Of a stretch of DNA of 64,000 nucleotides, positions 36,811 through 48,778 are shown one piece after another. Location: positions 27,714,001-27,778,000 of the forward strand of contig NC_086381.1 in assembly GCF_036588685.1 (NCBI RefSeq), read 5' to 3'. The number at the start of each line of letters is the position of its first letter. Position 1 is the first letter of the stretch. The notes beneath the pieces were generated by a model. That model had not been told where the DNA came from, did no database searches, and saw nothing but the letters and a program-made list of their open reading frames with translations. Made by a program: the position numbers and the translations under genes. Origin of the DNA: Mytilus trossulus (Eukaryota).

Positions 36811-37573
36811 ACAACGAGAAGTTTAACTTCACAAACGGCCCTTTTCAGGGCCACCAATATTTTTCAAAAAGAGTCTTATTATTGTTGTACATAACAAACT
36901 TCTAAATGAAGCTGTGTCCCACCCCAAAATGACAAATTTGTTTATATCTGAATTCTGTCTTTTTGTCTTTCTTTCTTTCTTTCTTTCTTTCTTTTTTTCT
37001 CTTCTTTATTCTTCATTTTATTAGCCGATTTGAAAAAATATACATACACCAGAATTTAACCTTTTCACGGGTTATACATTTCTTCCCTCTTTTTTTTGGG
37101 GGGGGGAGGGGGTCTAGAATCGAACTATACTTGAATATGTATTGAAACATTATATAAAAAAATATCACGAACAGATTAAATTCACACATACGTCGACAGA
37201 GAGAAAAAAGGGGGAGGGGGATTGTTTTAGGATATAAAAACAATATAACTAGAGTTTGACAATGGAGAAAAATTCAGCAATATATCTTTTACATAAAAGA
37301 ATATATATGAAATAAAGAATAATTTTATTTACATTAAAAAAATCAGGAATCATATTGTATCCAAAGTCTTGCTGGTCTTTTTTTAATAGGCTTAAATAAA
37401 AAAAGTGAAAAGAAATTAAAAAAAATAAACGAATAAAAGAAAAAGGAAAGTAAAGAAAGTTGGACAGGAGAAAGCTATGGTTTTCATTTTAAGTACAACA
37501 AAGGCAGATTCTTTTTGAAATATGTTGGTGGCCCTGAAAAGGGCCGTTGTATTTGTATTTTTCAGCTGGCTGT

Positions 37574-37939
<366 letters not shown>

Positions 37940-39575
37940 CTATATATCTGATGAACGCGGCCCTAAAAGAAATACCACTGAATTTTTGATAGGTTGGACC
38001 TGATTGGTTGTTTTCGTCTAAATCCGGGAGGTAACTCTGTAGGAATTCTGTACACTTTCAATCCACTTTTTGACTGAAGCTCTGAAAATATATGAAAATA
38101 AAATATTTCAAACTGTATACAAATAAAAATACAAAGATTATAAGAGATGGACCAAATAACTAATGATCTCCATCATCAATTAATACTTCTTATATTTTCC
38201 AATGTGAAAGAGATTTATTTCCTTTTACTTAAAATACAAGAACATATCACACTGCATACATAAGCAGGAGTTAACAATGTGCAATTGCAATATAAAAACA
38301 ATTAGTTTAAAGAAAATCTTTTTATACAGTATTTTTCTTGTTCAAAAGATACAGTTTCAGAGATAGTCCACTCTGCAGACTTAAGAGAGTAAAAGAGTAA
38401 AAACTAAACTACAGCATACCAGTCAGTTATTTAAGCATGGACAGATAGATTTGTAAATAAAAACAGGTGTGCATGATAATTTTTCTCAAAATCACCTTTA
38501 CCAGTTTCAATAAAGATGTCCCGGGAAATTCACATTTCAAACATGTTATTATTACATGTATACAATCAATGCTCATCTTTTAACAACTAATTAGGAATCT
38601 TTCTAAATTTAGCAGCTACTTTATACATGTAGTCATAGGTTTTTGAAATGTACACAGTGCAGCCTCACTTTTTAAATACCACAATTGGTACATCATTGAA
38701 TGAATGAATTATTGCGCCTTGTCTATTTTTCTCCACCAATGGGAAAAAAAGATTCATCCGCACACATGTTCACATCATTTATAAGGCACATAGAGCACCC
38801 AAAATAGATGCATTTTAAGCACAAAATAAAGGTATTCAAGAAAAACTTCTTTCTGTAACACACAATTGATGGAGACAAAGTTTTCAATGAGAATTTAAGG
38901 TGGACTACTTGGACCCGTACCGAAAATATATTTCAGAAATATAAAATAATTGATTCTTCTCATGTTGTCACAGTAGAATACACAATATGAGTAAAAAATA
39001 CATAAAAAAAGCATCTAAAAAATAAGTGAGAAAATAAGACCGAGAAAAATGCAATTTAGAGAAAAATATAACCACAGAAATTAGAAAGAAATACATTTTA
39101 ATAATTCTGTAATTAGAAGATGGATTGTATTGTTCTTGGAGTATGTTTTTTCTTACCTTTTTTTTATTTAAATGTATACATGTATGTTAATTTTTTCAGG
39201 AGGGTATACCAGAAAATGTATAACATTCTTGTTTTTTCCGAAGGATTTGGAAGAATTAGATAAATAAAAAATATGTATGTCTCTCTATCTCTATTTATCC
39301 TTTTATTTCTCTTCTTTGCATGTTATGAAATAAGTTTCTCTATATTTTTCTTCTATCAATACAGTAACCCGACTTGTCTAATCTTAAGTGAGTGCAAAAA
39401 AAAAAGATAATAAGAAAGAAGAATAAAGAGAGATGTGGAGAGAAAGAAGAATAAAGAAAGATGTGGAGAGGGGGTTTCAGCTATATTTGATTTTGATGTA
39501 CAACATATTCAGACTCTTTTTGGAAAATATTGGTGGCCCTTAAAAGGGCCGTTATTGTATAGAGTAAAGGTCAGT

Positions 39576-40040
<465 letters not shown>

Positions 40041-41368
40041 TCAAATGTTAGTGTATTTGTGCTAGCCGCAATGTTTGCAAACACGACACTGATTGGCCTT
40101 TCGGGGTAATAAAACTCACGTTGATTGGTTGAAATCTCTGTGTTATGATTGGACTGATCTGGAAGTTACTTTCACAGCTTTCGATCCCTTTTTGGACTGA
40201 AGCTATGATTGTTCACCCCAAGCTAACAATTGGCACAATTTGTTTCTATTCTGATAGTGTCAGCGAAAATTTGACATAAGACCAAAAAAAATAATAATCA
40301 AGAGTAATGCAGAACTTAATAATAATCTTTATTCAAATAATAAATAATTGTTTAATCAACAGTCTGACACGAAATTAATAATTGACAGGAAATGTAAATT
40401 AAAGAGCAAAATAGAAGAAGAAAAAAGAGAAAAAAAACATCATCCATCCATTTTCATCAATAGCCAGTGGTATAGAAATGCAGCCGTTTTCTTAGTTTCT
40501 CGTATAGACATGCTTACTATAGTACACAATTGTCACTCGTCTCAGTGTCTTAAAACAAAGAGAACACTTTTTATCCTCTCTATAGTCTTTGTGTTCTCTC
40601 TAGCTATACAGTCTCTGTATTCTCTAGTCTCTGTATCATGTAAAGCCATGATATTCTCTATATAGTATACTGCACGCATACTGTGAAACTTGCACATTGT
40701 TGAAGTATTCTTTATTGTTTATATACGAATTTTGCAAATACAAAGGATTTGAGCTAAAAAATAATCTACACAACTATAAACATACGCATAAGTACTTTGT
40801 ATAGGAACACAAAATATATATTATATATCTAAGAGAATGTGACAGCAGAAGAGGAAGAAAAGAATTCACATAGATCACAGTTAGACAGACAACGAACGAA
40901 CGAATATATATTATATAAAAATAAGGTCATAGATTGTATTGTGTGTGCTTATATAGTATAATATATAGGACTGCAACTTAATTTACACCAAAAAAATATG
41001 CAACATTGACCACTAACAACTATGAGTTTTTCTTCCTCTCGTGCTTGCGCATTTTCATCGAATCTACGTTATATAGTTCGTTTATTTTCTTGGACTTTTA
41101 TAGGGGAAAAAAAGAAACTCGTACTGTTCTTCATTTTTTTTCCACATCAAATATTGTTATATATATAATTAGAAAGTAGACATCTGTATGCTGTTTATAA
41201 AGAAAAGGAAAAATAAAGAGATAAAGACAAGAGAAATGGAGGGAGTGAGCTATGTTTGAGATTGCTTTCTGCATTCAACTAAATTGTACAACAAAGTCAG
41301 ATTCTTTTTGAAAAATGTTGGTGGCCCTGAAAAGGGCCGTTGTAAGTGAAGTTTCTGTAGTGTTGACT

Positions 41369-41752
<384 letters not shown>

Positions 41753-41789
41753 TTAATACGTTGTTTGACTTGAACAAGTATAAACAATG

Positions 41790-41799
41790 ATTATCCAGT
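41790..41799 (+). repeat. Target site duplication, left copy (ATTATCCAGT)
   Basis: Identical to 49127-49136; single copy in empty units (e.g. 30600-30609). Confidence 0.95.
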
Positions 41800-41820
41800 C
41801 AACAAATGGAAGTTTTTAAC

Positions 41821-41853
41821 GACCTTGACTGGCTATACAGCCCTTGCACGGTC
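41821..41853 (-). other. Putative 3'-terminal RNA stem-loop of the LINE
   Basis: RNA GACC-G-UG-CAAG-GGCU-GUAU-AGCC-AGU-CA-A-GGUC, 21 nt from the 3' end; folded by eye. Confidence 0.55.
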
Positions 41854-42173
41854 GGCCCTGGCTTGCGCCTTTTTGGGCATTAAATAATTTATATTTTTAC
41901 CATGTGGTAATTTAAATAATTTAGAATAATAAGAAAGTTTAATAAAAACAAAAAATTTAAAAAGCAAAAATTTGGATAAATAAATGAATAAAAAAAAAAA
42001 AGTTTTAAGATTAGGTAAATAATAAAATAATAAAAAAATAATAAAAGAATATAAAAATAAATATAATAAAATAATATAGAAATAATTTTGTATAAAAATA
42101 AAAATAAAATAAAACAAAATAAATAAATAATTATTAAACACGGAGCCACCGGAAGTAGGAACAGGAGGAAAGC

Positions 42174-42236
42174 TTGGCCAAGCAAACAGCAGTGTACGGC
42201 AGCAACGTTGTCCTGGTACACCAGCAGCCAAGTAAA
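42174..42236 (+). pseudogene. Diverged fragment of the H2B 3' coding end inside the LINE 3'UTR (antisense to the LINE RNA)
   Basis: TTGGCCAAGCA...CAGTG...GTACACCAGCAGC(C)AAGTAAA is collinear with H2B 392-455; ~50/66 identical columns by hand alignment. Confidence 0.75.
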
Positions 42237-42874
42237 GAGCGGATAATTTTGATATGCCAAATTGTGTATGTGAATTTATATGCCAAATATTATGTATAAA
42301 CCACAATAAGCCTAAATTTGTGAATGTGAGTTTTGCAAAAATATTTAGTGGGATGTTTTGTATGTACTAGAAAAATGAAAAGTGAAATAAAATAAAATAA
42401 AATAAATAAAAAACCAAAGGGTGTATGTAAATTTTGACTGCTTTGTGCTAGCCTACCGTAGTTGCAGGACTTTAGAGTGCTAGTACACTGGAACACTTAT
42501 CCGCAGGAAGACAGTGCCCCACGCTAATTAAAACTGGATTAGCGCAAACCAGATCTTGCGAAGTACCATTTTTTAAGTCTTAGATTTGACTTGCGGCTTA
42601 ATGACATGAAAAATTTATATAATGACCAAAAGTAGAAACAAAAATAATTTAGGGTGCCGCGAATTTGGAAGAAAAAAACCAAAGGTTATCGTGCGTTCTT
42701 GTTTAGTTAGCATAATTCTAATAGTTTAATTAACTTATCCCTACATTCTTTTTATTTAATTCTAAATATGTTAAGTTATTTTAAATGATTAATTTTTATT
42801 ATTTTTTTTTAATTTTTTTTTTTTTTTAATCATATTTAATTTGGATTTTATTTGTCTTAAAGATTTAGTTTTTT

Positions 42875-43405
42875 ACTGCCGGTTATGGCCTGACTCCATT
42901 TCTGAGTCACTGACCGGATAACTCTTGCAGTATGTTTTGCCCCTTTAATGATGCTGTGGTAAGTCGTCTTGAAGATCCATCTGTACTGCCGGTTATGGCC
43001 TGACTCCATTTCTGAGTCACTGACCCCGGATAACTCTTGCAGAGTAGTTGGTCTTCTTAACGATCTTTTCTAGTAAGTACGTACTGTATTTGTATTGAAG
43101 ATTTGATTTTTACTGCCGGTTACGGCCTGACTCCATTTCTGAGTCACTGACCTGGATAACTCTTGCAGTGTGTTTTGCCTATTTAAAGATGTTGTGGTAA
43201 GTCGTCTTGAAGAGCCTTCTGTACTGCCGGTTATGGCCTGACTCCATTTCTGAGTCACTGACCCCGGATAACTCTTGCAGCGTAGCTGGTCTTCTTAACG
43301 ATCTTTTCTTTAGTACGTACTGTATTTGAAGTGAAGATTTAGTTTTTGACTGCCGGTTACGGCCTGACTCCATTTCTGAGTCACTGACCCGGATAACTCT
43401 TGCAG
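42875..43405. repeat. 3'UTR repeat array: five 56-58-bp cores with alternating spacers (A-B-A-B)
   Basis: Cores at 42875-42930, 42985-43042, 43112-43168, 43223-43280, 43349-43405; periods 110/127/111/126. Confidence 0.95.
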
Positions 43406-43454
43406 TGTATTTTAATTATTTTATTTCTATGACTGTTTTTTTATATATATATAC

Positions 43455-46400
43455 TTATATAAATTTATGATAATCAATTTCTGTTAAATATTGTACCAAG
43501 CACGACCAGACATATTGTTGTTTGTCTTTAGGAGGATCTAGTAATATTTTGGTATTAATATTTTGTATTTGAACCTTGTCCAAGTTTGATTGCAAATTTT
43601 GTCTCGCTTGTGAATGATTAATACAGTTTACTAGTACGTGTTCTATATCCTCTTTAATGCCGCATGTATTGCATATTGGTGAGACATTGCGTATGTACTG
43701 GCCTAGTTGCCCAGGTAATAAAGTAGTGCCCAACCTAAGTCTAGTTATTGTTTTTGCATGAAATCGATTACCTTGATAAAAGTTGGGTTTTTTATTTACT
43801 GCAGTATTTATAGAACGACTCCATATGGAGCATGTGTTATCCCATCTAGCTTGCCACTTTTTCTTATATAATGCTGTTGTTATTGCAATGAATTCGTTTG
43901 CACTAAGACTCAAGTTAAGGTCAATCTTATCATTACTTAGTGCTAATTTAGCTAGTTTGTCAACCTGTTCATTACCTAGGATACCAACATGCGCTGGTAT
44001 CCATTCTATGGTTACTTCTATATTTTTTTGTTTTAGACGACAAGCCAGTATTTGAATTGGTTCTAGGATATCGGGTCTACTTGATGCATTATTATTTATA
44101 GATTGGATTGCACTATATGAATCAGTTAGAATAACAACTTTTTGCCCTGGCTGTTGATTGGAGAATACCCACTTTAATGATTGATATATGGCCGTCATTT
44201 CTGTGGTGTACACGGAAAGATTGTCTGACGTTCGTTTATAGCTTGCAATCAACTTTGATGGGATTAGAAAAGCATATCCAGTTTTACCCGAAGCTGGGTC
44301 TTTTGAGCCATCGGTGTAAATTTTTAAATGATTTTTATATGCATTGTCGATGTACTCTAACGCTTTAGTCTTAATGATATGCGGATTTTCTTTTTTACTG
44401 AGGCTGTTTTTTATGTTACTGGATGTTTTTGCTTGACCTATTATCCATGGAGGTGGATCTTGAATATTTTTAGTAACCAACTTTATTTTGTCTAGTTCGT
44501 TATCTTTAAGTAGATTTTGGACTCTGAATCCGTAAGGTATGTTATGGTCATTCCATTTATGATTATAAATTTGATATTCAATACAGTCATCTACTAGTTC
44601 ATTGGCTGGATTTGATGGATTTTGTTTAGTACGAGCATAATATTTAAGAGAAAGGTGGTCCCTTCTTAATTGTAATGGCATTTCGCCAGACTCGGCTAGT
44701 ATTGTTTCTAACGGGGTCGATTTATGGGCCCCTAACACTATGCGAAGAGCTTTAGCTTGTATTATATCTAATTTAGATTTTACAGTTATAGATGCTGAAT
44801 TAAACGCTTGACATCCATAGTCAAGTACCGATCTAAGAAGAGATTTATATAGCATGAGAAGAGAATCAGTACCCATGCCATAATTATTTGCTTGAACATA
44901 CCTTAGAACGTTTAATATTGCTTTAGATCTTTCTAGTAAATAGTTTACGTGTTTATTCCATGTTAGCTTTCTATCAAATATGAGACCAAGAAACTTGACA
45001 TGATTCTGGAATTTGATTGGTTCGTTATCTAGCATTAGGTTAACTGAATAAACATGACGATCTCCAAATATTACTCCTATCGTTTTGGTTTTAGATATCT
45101 TAAAACCCCATTTTTTAGACCATGCACTTATATTATTAAGGGTTTCTTGCATTTTTTTTGTTAAGTGTTTAATATTTCCACCTCGGTACCACATTGCACT
45201 GTCGTCAGCAAATTGTGACATAACTGCGGGTTTTTTTGCCAGACCTACTAGATCATTAATCATGATGTTAAATAATGTGGGACTGATGACACTACCTTGC
45301 GGGATACCATTGTTTAGATCATATTCGTCTGAGGATTCTTGATTTACTTTAACTTGAATTTTTCTATCTTGCAGAAAGTCTTTTATGAAGTTAAATAATC
45401 TCCCATTTATACCGTAATCTTTGCACTTTTTTAATAGACCAAAACGCCATACTAAGTCAAATGCCTTTTCAATATCGAGAAATATGGCTAGTAGAAATTG
45501 TTTACGAACTTTAGCTTTTTTAATGTCTGTCTCAAGTCGCAGTAAGTGGTCTAATGTGGAGCGACCTTCACGGAACCCACTTTGTGTTTCATTTATTATA
45601 TTTTTCTCCGTTAGAAGATGTTTAAGTCTAACATTAACCATGCTTTCCATTAGTTTACAAAAATTTGATGTAAGAGAAATCGGTCTGTAGGATTTAGGGT
45701 CAGATTTATTTTTATTAGGTTTTAGTATAGGGATTACATTTGCATGTTTCCAGCTGTGGGGAAGTTGACCAGTTACCCACACTTTATTTATTAATTGTAA
45801 CATAATATCGATCATACTTTCAGGCATATGCTTGAACATTTCATATGTTATACGGTCATCACCGGGCGCAGTTGTCTTTTTGGTCTTAAGCACCTTATAA
45901 AGTTCGTTTTTGTTGAATGGTATATTAAATTTTGACCTATTATGTTGCTCATCATCATCCCTATTAATCGGATTTTCTATTTCGGTTTTTAATTTATGAG
46001 TTCTGAATTTGGGATCTAAGTTATTGTCACTGGATGCTTCTGCAAAAGTTCCGGCGAGCATGTTTGCTTTATCTACATTAGATACCGCTTGTTTGGTGTC
46101 ATTAATAAGTGTAGGTAGGGAGGATGATTTTGCCCCTTTAAGACCTTTAACTGTGTTCCAAACTGTTTTTACGTTAGTTTTATAGTTTAGTTTGTCACAG
46201 AAATTTTGCCAGTAGTCAGTTTTTGCCTTATCTGTGACACGTTTAAACTCCTTGACTGCAGTTTTATATAATTCATGATTTTCTTCTGATTTTGATTTAT
46301 CATATACCCTATGTTTATGACGCTTATTTTTTTTGGCATTCGTACAATTATCGTTCCACCAGGGACAGTTTTTTCTTGTATGTATAGTACCACTAGTTTT

Positions 46401-47273
46401 GGGGATTGTTTCATCTGCGATTTTAGTCACCACTTCACAAAGATTTTGATTAAAGATTTCAATATCGTCATGTTTTATATTATCTATATTTATTTCGTTA
46501 CAAAGGGTAGTGAACCTGTGCCAGTCGGCTTTATCGTACACCCACCTTTGTGGAGTGCAGACTTTATTTTTAACCGGTTTTGCATTTAACACGGTGAGTA
46601 CTGGGAAGTGATCAGAACCTAGTTGCTCATCTAAAACTGACCATTGACTGTCATTGGCTAACGATGCGGAGACTAATGTTAGATCTATTTGTGTTCGGTT
46701 GCCTGTTACAGTTTGATATGTTCCTGTACCGTCGTTTAAAATTATCATGTTATTTTGGTCTATGACTTTTTCAATTATGTTACCATTGCTATCTGTTGTG
46801 CTAGACCCCCACATCGAGGATCTACTATTAAAATCTCCAAGTAGCACTATATTATCTGATAAGTTATGCAAAACTTCTTGATATTCATCAAATTTAATAT
46901 TTTGACTAGGGGGTCTATACACATTAACTATATTTATCTTATTATTTTGACAGTTTACAGATACGCCTACTACTTCTATGTTATCAGTATTAAAATTAAG
47001 TTGTGAAAAATTAACTTGAATCGAAACATAAATTGCTACTCCTCCTCCTATTTGAGGTTTCTTTTTATTTTTACCTTTAGGTTGAATCGGTGTCTTTCTA
47101 TTTCGAATGATTGGTGGGTGGTAGCCTTGTAGTTTTATGTACCTATTATCTTTAAAACGAGTTTCTTGTACACAAATAATTTCTGGGTTATTATGTGTGT
47201 CTAAGTAATGTTTGAGGGAATTTGCGTTCGCATAAAGTGATCGCGCATTCCACTGTAAAATGTGTAGCCCCAT
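43455..47273 (-). CDS. LINE ORF2: APE endonuclease - reverse transcriptase - RNase H - C-terminal CCHC (1272 aa)
   Basis: APE: QWNARSL, CVQET, NVYRPP, GDFN, IDLTL, SDHFP; RT: YRPISLTS, QSGFR, LDIEKAFD, GIPQGSVISP, FADD, KFLG; RNase H: YTDGSK, TEMTAI, LTDS, WIPAHVGILGNEQVD; CNTC..H..C. Confidence 0.98.
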   Translation of the reverse strand: MGLHILQWNARSLYANANSLKHYLDTHNNPEIICVQETRFKDNRYIKLQGYHPPIIRNRKTPIQPKGKNKKKPQIGGGVAIYVSIQVNFSQLNFNTDNIEVVGVSVNCQNNKINIVNVYRPPSQNIKFDEYQEVLHNLSDNIVLLGDFNSRSSMWGSSTTDSNGNIIEKVIDQNNMIILNDGTGTYQTVTGNRTQIDLTLVSASLANDSQWSVLDEQLGSDHFPVLTVLNAKPVKNKVCTPQRWVYDKADWHRFTTLCNEINIDNIKHDDIEIFNQNLCEVVTKIADETIPKTSGTIHTRKNCPWWNDNCTNAKKNKRHKHRVYDKSKSEENHELYKTAVKEFKRVTDKAKTDYWQNFCDKLNYKTNVKTVWNTVKGLKGAKSSSLPTLINDTKQAVSNVDKANMLAGTFAEASSDNNLDPKFRTHKLKTEIENPINRDDDEQHNRSKFNIPFNKNELYKVLKTKKTTAPGDDRITYEMFKHMPESMIDIMLQLINKVWVTGQLPHSWKHANVIPILKPNKNKSDPKSYRPISLTSNFCKLMESMVNVRLKHLLTEKNIINETQSGFREGRSTLDHLLRLETDIKKAKVRKQFLLAIFLDIEKAFDLVWRFGLLKKCKDYGINGRLFNFIKDFLQDRKIQVKVNQESSDEYDLNNGIPQGSVISPTLFNIMINDLVGLAKKPAVMSQFADDSAMWYRGGNIKHLTKKMQETLNNISAWSKKWGFKISKTKTIGVIFGDRHVYSVNLMLDNEPIKFQNHVKFLGLIFDRKLTWNKHVNYLLERSKAILNVLRYVQANNYGMGTDSLLMLYKSLLRSVLDYGCQAFNSASITVKSKLDIIQAKALRIVLGAHKSTPLETILAESGEMPLQLRRDHLSLKYYARTKQNPSNPANELVDDCIEYQIYNHKWNDHNIPYGFRVQNLLKDNELDKIKLVTKNIQDPPPWIIGQAKTSSNIKNSLSKKENPHIIKTKALEYIDNAYKNHLKIYTDGSKDPASGKTGYAFLIPSKLIASYKRTSDNLSVYTTEMTAIYQSLKWVFSNQQPGQKVVILTDSYSAIQSINNNASSRPDILEPIQILACRLKQKNIEVTIEWIPAHVGILGNEQVDKLAKLALSNDKIDLNLSLSANEFIAITTALYKKKWQARWDNTCSIWSRSINTAVNKKPNFYQGNRFHAKTITRLRLGTTLLPGQLGQYIRNVSPICNTCGIKEDIEHVLVNCINHSQARQNLQSNLDKVQIQNINTKILLDPPKDKQQYVWSCLVQYLTEIDYHKFI

Positions 47274-47317
47274 TACGGTTAATTAATTATTTAAATTAAT
47301 TGTTGCTTATATTATCT

Positions 47318-48778
47318 TTAAATGACGTCAACTGTTATTTCTTTACCAAATTGCTCGCTGACAAATTTTTGAAAGAGTCTCATGATGGGAACAGAGATAT
47401 CCCCATGTTTGTCTGCTATATGCCGTATCTCTGTGATTAGGTTTTCCCAGTTTTTTAAATCACTAACGTCTTGACTTGATGGTTCAATTATAGTTTTGCG
47501 GATCTCTGAAATATTTTTTCTATCTTTATTAGGAATAATGGGGGTTTGATCTTCTATTTGTGTATTCTCTGTTTCAATATTTAAATTTTTATCTACGCTT
47601 ATTTCCGGATTATCTACCGGTGCCATAGTGGCTTCATTATCGCTAATTATATCCGTGTCATTGTTAATTACTTTAGATTTAACACTGTCAGCGTATGATT
47701 TACCAGGTGTGACATTTGATGTGCTAATTATTTTAGGTATGGTTTCATCATCTGACACTGGGGAGCTAATTATTTTAGGTATGGTTTCACATTTTTGTTG
47801 TGCCTTTTGTTTAGCTTGGTCAAATGACATTTTATGACTATACATATTTTCCAACACCTGTTTTTGGAATATATATTTGGGGCATGATTTATCTATTGCC
47901 TGATGTTTACCTCCACAGTTGTTACATTTTAAATTTTTTCCATTACAGTTTTTGGTTGCATGTTTACCAGCACATTTAATGCACGTATTAATAGATTTTC
48001 TGCATTGTTTGGCATAATGTCCTAGACTTGCGCATTTAGTACAGAATTTAGGGTTAGGTTTATATGGCAGTAAATCATACTCTATGTTTTGTCCCTGATT
48101 GTTTAAGGGAATAGATTTAAGAATTGAGTCTCTTTCTGATAACGTTACTAATAGATAACCAGCTTTACCTAATTGTTTTACAATTTTTATATCTGCCCCT
48201 GTTTGCCTTAGCATATTTTCCTGCTTTTTAATATTAAGAATTTCAGTATCAACAGGTTTAGGTATAACTTTATAGACTCTATTTTTAGTAACCTTATTTT
48301 CGTTAATTTCCTTTGTAGCAGCTGCTTGAATAGTTATTTTCTGCTTATGGTCAGTATCAAATTTAGACACTTTTATTTGGAAATTACCCAGTTTAGTCAG
48401 GCCTAGTAACTTTCTTTTTATGGTTTCAGATGGTGCGTAAACCAGCACACTGTTTTTAAGTGGTTTTATTTCTATAGCTTGATCATTAACACTTCCTATC
48501 ATGGTTATTAGCAGATAATGGAGAGAGTTAAGGGTCAGAAGCATGAACTTTTTTGCCCTTGATGTTATGATTAGTGTTTCACTAGGGGGAAACATTTTTT
48601 TGCCCTTATCATTGAGTGACACAGGGCTTTTATTTTTGGTTTGGCTTGATTCTTGCCTTTTTGGATATTGTATTGGCGAATTGCCTTGACTTTGTTTGTA
48701 AATTTTGGAATCAGGTGATTCCCCTTGTTGTGGACTTGTTGAGTCGATTTTCCTTTTGTTGTTTGTCATATTGTTCAT
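47318..48778 (-). CDS. LINE ORF1, gag-like nucleic-acid-binding protein (486 aa)
   Basis: Three knuckles CX2CX4HX4C, CX2CX3HX4C, CX2CX3HX6C; ends 44 bp upstream of ORF2. Confidence 0.95.
   Translation of the reverse strand: MNNMTNNKRKIDSTSPQQGESPDSKIYKQSQGNSPIQYPKRQESSQTKNKSPVSLNDKGKKMFPPSETLIITSRAKKFMLLTLNSLHYLLITMIGSVNDQAIEIKPLKNSVLVYAPSETIKRKLLGLTKLGNFQIKVSKFDTDHKQKITIQAAATKEINENKVTKNRVYKVIPKPVDTEILNIKKQENMLRQTGADIKIVKQLGKAGYLLVTLSERDSILKSIPLNNQGQNIEYDLLPYKPNPKFCTKCASLGHYAKQCRKSINTCIKCAGKHATKNCNGKNLKCNNCGGKHQAIDKSCPKYIFQKQVLENMYSHKMSFDQAKQKAQQKCETIPKIISSPVSDDETIPKIISTSNVTPGKSYADSVKSKVINNDTDIISDNEATMAPVDNPEISVDKNLNIETENTQIEDQTPIIPNKDRKNISEIRKTIIEPSSQDVSDLKNWENLITEIRHIADKHGDISVPIMRLFQKFVSEQFGKEITVDVI

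Noticed and set aside
42442-42453. 12-nt match TTTGTGCTAGCC to the H3 promoter, and other 8-12 nt histone-like words in the 3'UTR
   Set aside because: Isolated matches of this length are expected by chance between a 1.6-kb and a 5.6-kb sequence; unlike the H2B block they have no collinear extension.
41833-42496. Hydrophobic 157/123/68-aa ORFs in the LINE 3'UTR as an ORF3 or env
   Set aside because: F/I/L/Y richness follows from U-rich low complexity; no recognisable motif.
42875-43405. CRISPR-like repeat-spacer array
   Set aside because: Spacers are duplicated (A-B-A-B), repeats are 56-58 bp, there are no cas genes, and the context is a eukaryotic LINE.
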